Shown: positions 9,645 to 20,100 of the stretch, in pieces
Layout of the letters: each line of letters starts with the position of its first letter
How positions within the stretch are numbered: the first letter of the stretch is position 1
DNA from: Octopus sinensis
Taxonomy: Eukaryota
Reading direction: 5' to 3'
DNA: 64,000 bases
Assembly: GCF_006345805.1 (NCBI RefSeq)
Contig: NC_043007.1
Span: 44,268,001 to 44,332,000, forward strand
Program-made: the position numbers and the translations under genes
The notes under the pieces: model-generated
Seen by the model: only the letters and a program-made list of their open reading frames with translations
Database searches by the model: none
What the model was told of the DNA's origin: nothing

Positions 9645-10900
9645 ATTATCATAAGGCTGGCAGAATCTTTAGCATGCTGGGAGAAATGCTCGGTGACATG
9701 TCTGTCACTATGTTCTGAATTCAAATCCCATTGGGATCAACTTTGCCTTTCATCCTTTTAGGGTTGGTAAAATAAGTAGCAGTTGAGCACTGAGGTTGAT
9801 ATAATTGACATGCCTTGCTGACCTTGTGCCTGAATTCGAAACCATTATTATTATAACAATAAGGCAGTGAGCTGGCAGAATTGTTAGCACACCAACTAGA
9901 TTGCGTAATGGTATTTCATTAATCTTTATGTTCCGGGTTCAAATTCCATCGTGGCCAACTTTTCCTTTCATCCCTTCTAGGGCTGATAAAATAGCTACCT
10001 GTTGAGCACTGGGGTCAATGTAATCAACTTATCCTCTCCTAAAATTACTGGACTTGTGCCAAATTATAAAATCATCATTGTTATTATTATTAATAATAAT
10101 AATAATGATAATAAGGTGGTTAGTAGGCAGAATTGTTAACACACCTGGTGAAATGCTTAGCAGTATTCTGTCCATCTTCACATTCTGAGTTCAAATTCTG
10201 CCTAAGTTGACTTTGCCTTTCATCCTTTCTGGGGTCAATATATAAAGGATTATTATTAATAATAATAATAATTCTTTCTACTATAGGCAAAAGGCCTGAA
10301 ATTTGTGTGTGTGGGGGGACTACTTAATTATTATTATTAAGTGAAGGCATATGGCTCAGTGTTTAGAGTGTCGAGCTTACGATCATGAGGTTGTGAGTTC
10401 GATTCCTGGACCAGGCTGTGTGTTGTGTTCTTGAGCAAGACACTTAATTCCATGTTGCTTCAGTTCACTCGGCTGTAGAAATGAGTTGTGACGTCAAAGG
10501 TGCCAAACTATATCAGCTTTTGCCTTTCCCTTGGATAACATTAGTGGTGTGGAGAGGGGAGGCTGGTATGCATGGGCGACTACTGGTCTTCCATAAACAA
10601 CTTTGTGCGGACTTGTGCCTTGGAGGGTAACTTTGTAGGTGCAATCCCATGGTGATTCATGACTGATGGGGGTCCCCCGACTGATTATTATTAAGACGGC
10701 AAGGTGGTAGAATCGTTAGCACGCTGGGCAAAATACTTAGCAGTATTTCACCCGTCACTATGTTCTGTGTTCAAATTTCACTGAGGTCAACTTTGCCTTT
10801 CATCATTTCAGGGTCAATAAATTAAGTACCAGTCGAACACTAGGGTCGATGTAATTGATTCATCTCCAAAATTGCTGCCCTTGTGGGCAAAATTTGAAAT
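9645..10900 (+). repeat. Head-to-tail array of family A SINEs separated by (ATT/AAT)n, with one other SINE nested
   Basis: Copies start near 9650, 9860, 10105 and 10695. A short opposite-strand 3' piece lies at about 10265-10325. Confidence 0.85.
10342..10683 (+). mobile_element. tRNA-headed SINE with core ttgtgttcttgagcaagacactt
   Basis: A-box-like TGGCTCAGTG and B box GTTCGATTCC. 12-bp TSD ATTATTATTAAG at 10330-10341 and 10684-10695. Confidence 0.8.
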
Positions 10901-12597
10901 TGTGGTGGTGGTGGTGGTAGGTGGTAGTTGCTGCTGCTGCTGCTTCTCTTTATTCACAAATGAGTTCCAATCTCTTCAATGTCAAATTAGTCTTTCATGT
11001 AGGTCAATGCAGAGTGTCAGTTAAGTATTATGGTCAGTTTAAATCAGAGAGAATTATTATTAGTATTTATTTTTAGAATTTCACTTGGATCTCTCCCTAC
11101 CCTTCTAATTACCAGAAGGAAAACATTCAAGGTGTTCAAGGTTCTATACAGTGAGATTGAACTAAAGACCTCATGATGGCAAAGTAAATCTCATAACTAT
11201 ATTATAGATATTTCTAACCCAGAATATTGTGCTGGACAAGTTGGACAGGGTTCAAATCTTATAACTGTCATGGTATTATAACTGCAAAACAAAGTATCAA
11301 TCTCTGTTTCTGTATGTATTGATCAGATGGATGAACTGACTTCTAATTCCCAGTTGAGTGATTAGCAGTAACAAAAACAGCCAGCTGTAATAACAATTGT
11401 TTCCATAATAATCCATTTTTCAATGTTTGAAGTGTATTAATATACTTCAGTAAAGAAGTATCAAACTCATTTGACATGACTGACTGGATAGGGACAATTA
11501 TTCCTAAAAACCTTTGCTCATAACACAGGCCAAGGTAAATGGATAAAGTGGGGGAATTGCATTATTTTAAACTTATTTACAATAAAGAAAAGAAAAAATA
11601 TGTGGCAGTAGCAAAGTCTGTGTGCTGAGATATATGGGGAAACCACATCTATGCAATATATATAGATCATTGTATTAAATGAGAGTCCTTACAGTCAAAA
11701 CAGAGGTAGAAATTACTCGAATGAACAGAGTTCTTGAGAAGACCAATATTTGATAGAAAGCTTGCATTGTTTTAAATGCAAAACCTTTCAATATCATTCA
11801 TATCACTAGGATCCATTCAGACAAACATATATAATTTTTTTTTTTTTAAAAAGGAAGATTTCTGTTTTGTTCAGCTTATATAGATAAAGTGAAGGGGAAA
11901 TAGATCATATCTTTTATGATATGGATTCATAAGTTTCTTTTTTTCAATGGTTAAGATGACAAAAAATTCCTGAAGTTGCACTAATTTTACTAATTAAACC
12001 AATGATAATCAAAGTGGTGGTTGGGTTCTGGAATGTGAACACATGATAATAATATATATTTTGAAAAATATTTTTAAAATAAAATTCTTCTTGTTATGAA
12101 ACTGAACTGGGGAATACCAAATTAAATATTGCTGCAAGCTTTATATTTGACACTCCTGTTTTAGTCCATTGATTTTATCTATAAAATGGACTGAGACTCA
12201 TTCAAAATATAGTAATTCAACAGGTCCCACTGTTATATCATAAATGTAGACCATTACCTAGTTTTAATTTTCTGTTTCAACCACTTTGCTAACTTTATTT
12301 GTACCTCTTAGAAAAGGCCTGGTTATCATAATTTTCTATTTCTTCCTATAATTCCAAAGCTGATAAAAATATCCAGTTATGTGAATGCTTGTTTAATGCT
12401 TTAAGATATTTTTATTATTGCTTAAAGCTCTAAGATTATTTTATCATAGTTGGGTTCTACTCTTTATGTTGTTTATGTCCTTTGAAAATCCATCTACATT
12501 AGCAACCTTCACCTTTTCATAAATTTACAACTTTGCACATAAATAACACATTAATTAATTTAAGCTTAAATCTCTTTTGGTAATGTTCTTTTGTCAG

Positions 12598-12680
12598 CCG
12601 GAAGGAAATCTTTTAGAAGACAGATTTACCAGTTTACAACGCAGAAATATCCTGGAACCTCGACAAGTCTTCAAGAAAAG
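12598..12680 (+). CDS. NOP53: NOP53 exon
   Basis: ttttgtcag|...|gttagc, 83 nt, phase 0/2. Encodes PEGNLLEDRFTSLQRRNILEPRQVFKK(S), the signature PEGN..DRF.S.Q.RN..EPR. Confidence 0.95.
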
Positions 12681-13620
12681 GTTAGCTTTTGTTTGTTTTC
12701 CAGGATTCTCATCATCATTTGCCTTTCATCCCATCTTTTTGAGATCAATATAATAGAGTACCAGTCATGATACTTTATTATACTGATGGAAAATGCTGAC
12801 ATAAAAATGAAAGTATATAAGGATTGCATTTATGTATATCCAATATCACTCTAGGAGGGTATTTGTAACAAATTATAATATAATTAAGTAAAATTTTATA
12901 TCTCTAACATTAGTACAAGACCTAAGTACTATAAGATAGTTATGATATTGTATTATGGTAAGTGTTGTAATTCCTGATATGCCTTTGAGAATAGATTATC
13001 CATTCTGCCACCAATGTCTTTGGGAAAAGCATAAATGTCATGATTTTCTTTATAGAAACATTTTTTTCTTTTCATATTTCTGTAAGAAACATTCATTTTG
13101 TTTAAGACATTTTTACACTTTACTTGAAATTTCCAGTTCTGTTAACGTCTGTTTTCTGATAGTTTTGGGATTTTATATTTTATTTGTTAAAATGTTTTTT
13201 ATTCTGTTGTTGTATTTTTTAAAGCTAAAATATTCCATATTGCCCATTGAGTCATGAGTATCAAGTTCATTAATTCCATAATTGAATGAATGACAACAAT
13301 TTTACTTCTACTTCTTGGCTATGTAGCTAGCAGTCGAAAAGTTGTTTAACTTTAGATAGCTTTAAAAAGAATAAATGGATGTAAAGTAGTAGGAGACAAA
13401 AACAGAAATAGTATTGCAAGCCTAATATATACAAAATGAATTTCAAGAACCACAGACTTTAATCATGTTTTGTATATTAGGAATGAAAGTATTTCTAATG
13501 TATGTTTTTACAGAAACTTTTTTTTTTATTTGATATTCTGTTAAGGAATTAAAATGCATCAGCCACTTCACTTTGGTTTGAAAATTCATTAATAATGCAT
13601 ATTAATTTTTCTGTTTACAG

Positions 13621-13677
13621 TGGCCAGAAGAAATACAAACGAAAGGTTTATGTCAAACGCTCTCACAAAGAAGATCC
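13621..13677 (+). CDS. NOP53: NOP53 penultimate (or, unspliced, last) coding exon
   Basis: tgtttacag|, 57 nt, phase 2/2. Encodes (S)GQKKYKRKVYVKRSHKED(P) and is followed by gtaagt, which also contains an in-frame TAA (13679-13681). Confidence 0.88.
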
Positions 13678-13813
13678 GTAAGTACTTCTTAATGTTTTAG
13701 ACACACTGGGAGTGATGGATTGGCAAATTGGTAGAGTGTCAGACAAAATTTGACTTGATGTCTGTATTCTGAGTTCAAATCCTTTTGTTGTCATTTTTGT
13801 TGTTCAGCTTTAA

Positions 13814-14033
13814 CCCATTAGCATTTAGATTGTTCTGTGGAATACAACTTTATTTATTCATATTGTTTTAAATTGATTATGTATTATATCATAGATCTAA
13901 GATTTTGATGATATTGATTGTATATTTTTAGAATGACATTGTAGGGTAGGCATGAGAGGCCAGATCTGGCTGGTTTCAACATAAAATAAATAGAATATTT
14001 TGGCTGGATATGGTCAGTTTAAAGGCTAAAAAG
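13814..14033. mobile_element. piggyBac-type MITE (~220 bp), copy 1
   Basis: TTAA at 13810-13813 and 14034-14037. Terminal CCCATTAGCAT...GCTAAAAAG is a decayed form of CCCTTTAGCAT...ATGCTAAAGGG. Confidence 0.75.
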
Positions 14034-14609
14034 TTAAGACATCAATACATTAAGCCAGTCAAATATTGCATCTGATTTCCCATTTTTACTTAAAATATTG
14101 CAGCTAAGGATAAAATTTGAATATGAAAAATTATTTGATCCTAATGTACAAAGTAACATTATAATTGAAATAGATACCATCATTTTGTTAAAATATTGAC
14201 ACACTAGAATACTTAAAAAATGAGAACTAGAAGTACCAATATAGCTAAAGTTTTATGCAAAGTAGAATAGTATATATGGTAGGTAAATTCATTATATGTA
14301 AAAAATAAGCATTGTTCAAGACTAAAAATGTGAAGACTTGGCAATAATTGAAGCAAATTTTATTGTGAATTTGTTGTTATAGGTAGATTTTACTGCAATA
14401 TATAACTCATTTTTGTATTATTCTATTTATTGTACTAACTAATTATGTACTACTATTATTGTTTATAACCAATTTTCAAATTTCTAATTATTAATTAATA
14501 ATTTAAAAAATGAATTTTTTTAAAGTGCAAAAAATGTTGAGTTATTTTTAATTTTTAATAGAAGTAACAAGTAATAACAAATAGAAGTAATAACTTGTAA
14601 TAAAAATTT

Positions 14610-15101
14610 TATAGTTCTGTATTTTAGAGATGAGGAATTATGTACATTAATTTACATTTGATGGATATTTGTTTTCATCTTGTTTGTCATTAACACAACG
14701 TTTTGGCTGATATACCCTCCAGCATTCATCGGGTGTCTTGGGGGAAACTTCGAACCTGGGTTCTCATTCCTAAGGTATTTTTCGATGTTATTATTATTAT
14801 TATTATTATTATTCAGGTCACTGCTTGGAATTGAACTCGGAATCTTGGGGTTAGTAGCCTGCGCTCTTAACCACTATGCCATATGTCCGCGGGCAATTAG
14901 AAAGCCCACTGCATATGGCATAGTGGTTAAGAGTGCGGGCTACTAACCCCAAGATTCTGAGTTTGATTCCAAGCAGTGACCTGAATAATAATAATAATAA
15001 TTATATTGAAAAATACCTTAGGAATGAAAACCCAGGTTTGAAATTTCCCCAAGGCACCTGATGGAGGTTGGAGGGTATATCTGTCAAATATAAATAATGT
15101 A
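14610..15101. mobile_element. Palindromic head-to-head pair of tRNA-headed elements with a Penelope-type hammerhead-ribozyme tail
   Basis: Inverted arms of about 180 bp (14702-14885 / 14912-15088). A box TGGCATAGTGG (14916-14926), B box GTTTGATTCC (14961-14970) with mirror GTTCAATTCC on the - strand, and (AAT)n after each head. Hammerhead-like core on each arm. Confidence 0.75.
14692..14737 (-). ncRNA. Degenerate minimal type I hammerhead ribozyme motif
   Basis: - strand reads GACAC-CCGAUGA-A-UGCUG-gaggguauau-CAGCC-AAAA-CGUU-GUGUU. Stem I is GACAC/GUGUU, stem II is GCUG/CAGC and stem III is the palindrome ACGU. It differs from the consensus at U4, G10.1 and G12; the + strand twin (15053-15081) has CUGAUG and G10.1 intact. 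Confidence 0.65.
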
Positions 15102-16010
15102 TAAAATTTTTAGTTTTAATAAAGCTAATATTTTCTAAATCTAAATATTTCATTTGAAATTTTATTCTTAGCTGCAATATTTTAAGTAAAAATTTTCTTG
15201 TTCTGTACTTTACCAGATGTAATAAGTTGTCCTGAACTTTTCCAAGTGTAATAACTTGTCCTGTACTTTTCCAGATTTATAATCTTAATATTATTTCTCG
15301 TGCTTGCATTTTTCCATGTAATATATATATATAGATGCAGGAAAAGCTAGGAGGTAAGAAGTTTGCTTCCCAACCATATGGTTCTGCATTCAGTCACACT
15401 CCATGGCACCTGGGCAAATGTCTTCTAGTATAGCCCTGGACCAATCAAAGAATTTGGTAGATAGAAGCTGAAAGATGCCCATTGTATATATATGTTTATA
15501 TATCAGGGACTTCATCATTGTCATCATCTTTTAACATTCATCTTCTATGCCTGCATAGGTCGAACAGTTTGATGGTATCCAATGGGTCCAAGATCTGTAT
15601 CATGCTCCAATGGTTTGCTTTGGTAGGGCAAACCTCACTAGTGAGGTTGTCATGCAATTTACAGGATAACATTATCCAACATGTATCCTTTTTTTAAGTT
15701 GGTAGGGTATGGTTTGAGAGAAATTTGGTTGTTATTTTCAGCAGGTTGAGCTACTGCAAAAAAAAAAAAAACAGGCACACTGTTAGCTTATTCCATCTTG
15801 TGTTCCAGGATGGGAAATTAGATGCTAAATAGCTAATGTAGAAGTACAGCAGAGGGCTGAGTCAAGCTCAGTGGGATATTTGGTTAACAGCTCAGGAGTA
15901 AGTAGTGTGTGTTTTTTCATTAGCACCACAATGTGTCTACACCCAAGACACACTTAATTCTTAGTAAGTGAATAGATGCTGTGTGTGTGATATTTTTTCT
16001 GTCTTTAAAA

Positions 16011-16230
16011 CCCTTTAGCATTCAGATTACTTTGCCAAATGTAATGCTTATTTATACATATTGTTTTGAATTAATCATGTTTTGTCTTATAGCTTTGAGA
16101 TTTTGATGATGTTATTGCCTATTTTTAGAATGACATTTTAGGGTAGGTGTGAGAGGTTAGATCAGGCCAGTTTGAACATAAAACAGGAGGAATATTTAGG
16201 CTGGATGTGGCCAGTTTAAATGCTAAAGGG
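16011..16230. mobile_element. piggyBac-type MITE, copy 2
   Basis: CCCTTTAGCATT...AATGCTAAAGGG followed by TTAA (16231-16234). Internal sequence is shared with the other copies. Confidence 0.85.
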
Positions 16231-17138
16231 TTAAGCAGTAACATCTCAGTGGCATTTATGAGTGATTTTGATGGCATGCATTGTTGCATTTAGTCTCTCT
16301 CATGGGAAAAGCAGAGACTAGTATCTTATTTCATTTGCAATTACTAAGAGTAAGTTGCAGTTATCTTAATCCATAAAATACTTAACCATTTCTACCTGTT
16401 GTACTGTTTGTTTGCCAAATACCCAGCCCTTAACTAGTCCAGTTCATTTAGCAACGAATGTGCCTCTACTTAGTTCATTTACTTTTATGTTTATTCTGTT
16501 ATGCTAGCATGGGTTAGATGAGTATATTATTAGAGCATTGTTTTACAGCTGGAAGCTTTTCCTGTTGCTAACCCTTACCCGTTTTTCAATTAAGGGACTC
16601 CTGAAATAATGCACTTAGAAAGCAAACTTATTCTATCAATTGTTACAACGTTAGCAGTTGAATTTCACTTTATTTCTTCTTCTTCATCATTTTTAATTAA
16701 TCTAACTATGTCATTATTTTGTTTATCTTTTACTTGTTTCAGTCATTAGAATGTAGCCATGCTGGAGCACCATCTTAAATTTTAGTCTAACGAATTGACC
16801 CCAGTAAATTGCTAAGTTACGGAGATGTAAGCACACCATCAGTTGTCAAGTGGTGGTGGTGAGGTGACAAACACAGACACAAAGACACACACACACACAT
16901 ACGTATAACAGGCTTCTTTCAGTTTTCATTTATCATATCCACTCACAAGGCTCAGGTCACCCAGAGGCTATATGAGAAAAACACTTGCTCAAGGTTTCCA
17001 CGTAGTGGGGCTGAACCCAGAACCAGGTGGTAGAGAAGCAAACATCTTACTACACAGCTATGCTTGTGCCTTTTGTTGTGTTTTGTTTCAGAATTAATTG
17101 TCAGTATTAATTATTCTAATTATTTTTTTATTTTACAG

Positions 17139-17145
17139 GCTGTAA
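17139..17145 (+). CDS. NOP53: Probable terminal NOP53 exon: 7 coding nt (..P-L-stop)
   Basis: Acceptor tttttattttacag|g ctg taa completes CC|G in frame. AATAAA follows at 17189-17194, then GU/U-rich sequence. No transcript evidence is available. Confidence 0.6.
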
Positions 17146-17188
17146 TGTGAAGAAGGCTGAAAATGTAACTTTCTTGACTGAATACTTT

Positions 17189-17194
17189 AATAAA
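17189..17194 (+). promoter_or_regulatory. Candidate NOP53 polyadenylation signal
   Basis: AATAAA about 45 nt after the predicted stop, with downstream ttgtttggctgttatttttgt. Confidence 0.5.
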
Positions 17195-20100
17195 CTCATT
17201 TTAAAAATTGTTTGGCTGTTATTTTTGTCTCCCACTGCCTTATTGTTACCTTATCATCATCAGCAATGTCATTGTCAGCGCCAGCTATATGTGTGTATTC
17301 TGTCATTTGACTGTGGCCATGCTGGAGCACCGCCTTTAGTCAAGCAAATCAACCCCAGGACTTATTCTTTGTAAGCTTAGTACTTATTCTATCGGGTCTT
17401 TTGCCAAACTGCTAAATTACGGGGACATAAACACATCTGCATCGGTTGTCAGGCAATGTTGGGGTGACAAACACAGACACGTCTACCAAATCCACTTAAG
17501 GACTGAACCTGGAACCATGTGGTTGGTAAGCAAGCTTCTTACCACATAACCTCTCCTGCACCTAGGATAGGCTTTCCCATTGGTTTTGACCTATGAAGAT
17601 CTGATAACCTACATTTTCTTTGTCAGTCATGATGGTTATGTTGAATGTGACATTTGAGTCCCACTAATGATTTGCAAAGAGACCCACAGATGTTGCAAGT
17701 ACAAAGATTACGAGTCAGTACAGGCAGTATATTTGCAACTATTTGTCTCCTTTACCTTGCATCCCTAAGCCTGTTAGTGCTAGTTGAAACAAAGTCTTGT
17801 ACACCATTTTGACATGACTATCTCCATTTTGTTTGCTCAAAAGTATTATGAGCTATACTGACTGTCAAGAAGTTACTCTTCAGCATATCTGAGCTATGAT
17901 CATTAGGACTTTGGGAATTCTTACATCACTCATTCTGATGACATGACCAACTCAGCGGTATGTGTTTACATATCAAGGATTACTTCATAGTCATCATCTT
18001 TTAACATTAATTTTCTATGCCAGCATAAGTTGAACAGTCTGATGGGATCCAATGGGCAAAGGACTGCATCATCTTTCAGTGTCTGCTTTGGTAGGGTTTT
18101 TACATGAGAATGCCCTTCACAATGCCAACAACTTTACAGAGTGTACTGGGTGCATTTTTTTTTTCCACACTGGCACTGGTGAGGTTGTCATCAAGTTTGC
18201 AGGATGATTATATATATAACCTCATCACCATCATTATTTTAATGTCCATTTTGCCATGCTTGCACAGGTCAAAGATTCTTAATATGAACTTGACTGTTGA
18301 AACTGATTTTGTTGTATCTGAGGAGAGTCATTGTGCCAGTAATCATAAGTGCTGGTTCTATTTTACTTATTTTTCTTTATTATTCATCAGTTTGTTAACT
18401 ATTTAACTAATCAACTGTTTGATTAATCATTCAGTTTATCAAAGTCCTTTCAATCTTCAATGGTATACTTTCTCTACTCCAGGCCAGCTTCAGGTCTGTC
18501 TGCCCATCTCTTAGTTTTTTTGTTTTCTTTTAGTTCCGGGATATGGGTGAGAATGTATGAGATGGGGAAGAAGTAAGTAAGAGAAGGTGTGGGTTTTTGA
18601 GTGCACATTCTTGTATGCACAACTTGGTGTAGTTGATTTTATGAGAAAGAACATGATAATCAGTTTCAAATTTTGCGGGAGGGGTAAGTCAATTACATTG
18701 ATCCTGAAAGATTGAAAAGCAAAGTCGACCTTGAAGGACTTGACCTCAATGTAATGATGGACAAAATGCTGCTAATCATTAGTTTGAGACAACAGGGCCA
18801 TGGATAGGACTTATGTCAGCTTGGTGCTTTTAATATCTCATGTTTAGTAGACTCAACAGCATTACCTAGTTTAACTCTACCACCCAGGTGTGTGATGACT
18901 TCAGAAGAATTAGCAGGTTCCTTGTCTTTATTCAAACTCCAAATCTTTGCTCTCAGAATGACTCAATATTTTGATATACTGCAGTAATTCGTGATTCTTG
19001 GGTTCTCTGTCACAGTCTTGGAAACTCTGTGAAGGGTTACAGATTACAAGCAATGCTGTTCCTAATCTGATGAATTCATATATCAGGAGCCACTTAATTA
19101 TCATCATCATTATCTTGACTTTTATTTTTCTTTGTTCACAAGGATTGGACAGAATTCATTGAGGTACGGCTGAATGCCCTTCATGTCTCCAATCCTCATG
19201 TTTCCAAAATTCTTAATCACACAGCCATGCCTGTGCCTGCAGGTTACATTTTCTATCATAATTGGTGATCAATAGTGCCATTGGTTATAGGTTACCAATG
19301 TATCAATCTTTGGTTCATTGTATTTTTTATGGTGAGTGTGACAAGGTAGTGTCTGTAAACAGTACAAACAAATATGACCCAGAACTTCATTCGAAGCATA
19401 CTAACTGTTTTTAATTTTCTTGCCAGTGAGGATCAACTCACCATTTTCAGTAGAGTACCAGATTTTTTCATGAATGTTAACTGTCTTCTAAGTTTCATAT
19501 ATGTATATATATATACACAAACACACAAGAAAGCACATACATACAAAACAAGGCGGGAAAAATAGTACTGGAAAGCCAAAGGCAGGGTAATACACCATTA
19601 AAGCCAGAAAAAAATCTTCAAAGTTTCATGAGACTGTTCATCAGACAATTTACAATAGTATATAATACATATATATAAGCGATGTACTTCTGCTCATAGG
19701 TACAGAATTAAGTTCTTAACCACATGTCCATATAGTCCTCTAGATTTGAGCTTAACTCTGGTTTTAATATAGATAATGTGTATCTTCCCAGGATAGGATG
19801 CCATCTCACGCTGCAGGTAGTTTATGTCAGCACTTCTGTCCACATCTTTTGTGAATCTTTTTGATCAGATATTATTTAGCCCTAAGTAAGACTTGAATTA
19901 GCAGACCTATTATCAAAATCATTTCTGATTTTACAACCCTGTCTTTTTAGCACTGCTGACATATATCAGAGTTTAGTCAATGAATAACAATACTGTTCTT
20001 ATTGAATTCCTAATGTTTTCAAACACCATCGTAATCAAGTTTTCTCTTCAGTGCAAGGACATGTTTGGAAATCTAATATGAAAGGAAGGTACAACTTATG

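Noticed and set aside
11731-11765. cttgagaagaccaatatttgatagaaagctt, a possible eroded PLE hammerhead
   Set aside because: The core is not CUGANGA and stem II needs two corrections, so it is too degenerate to support.
14909-14985. tRNA-like sequences here and at the SINE heads (e.g. 3480-3549, 23181-23240, 10342-10420)
   Set aside because: Acceptor and anticodon stems do not pair properly and each runs into a repeat body. These are SINE promoters, not tRNA genes.
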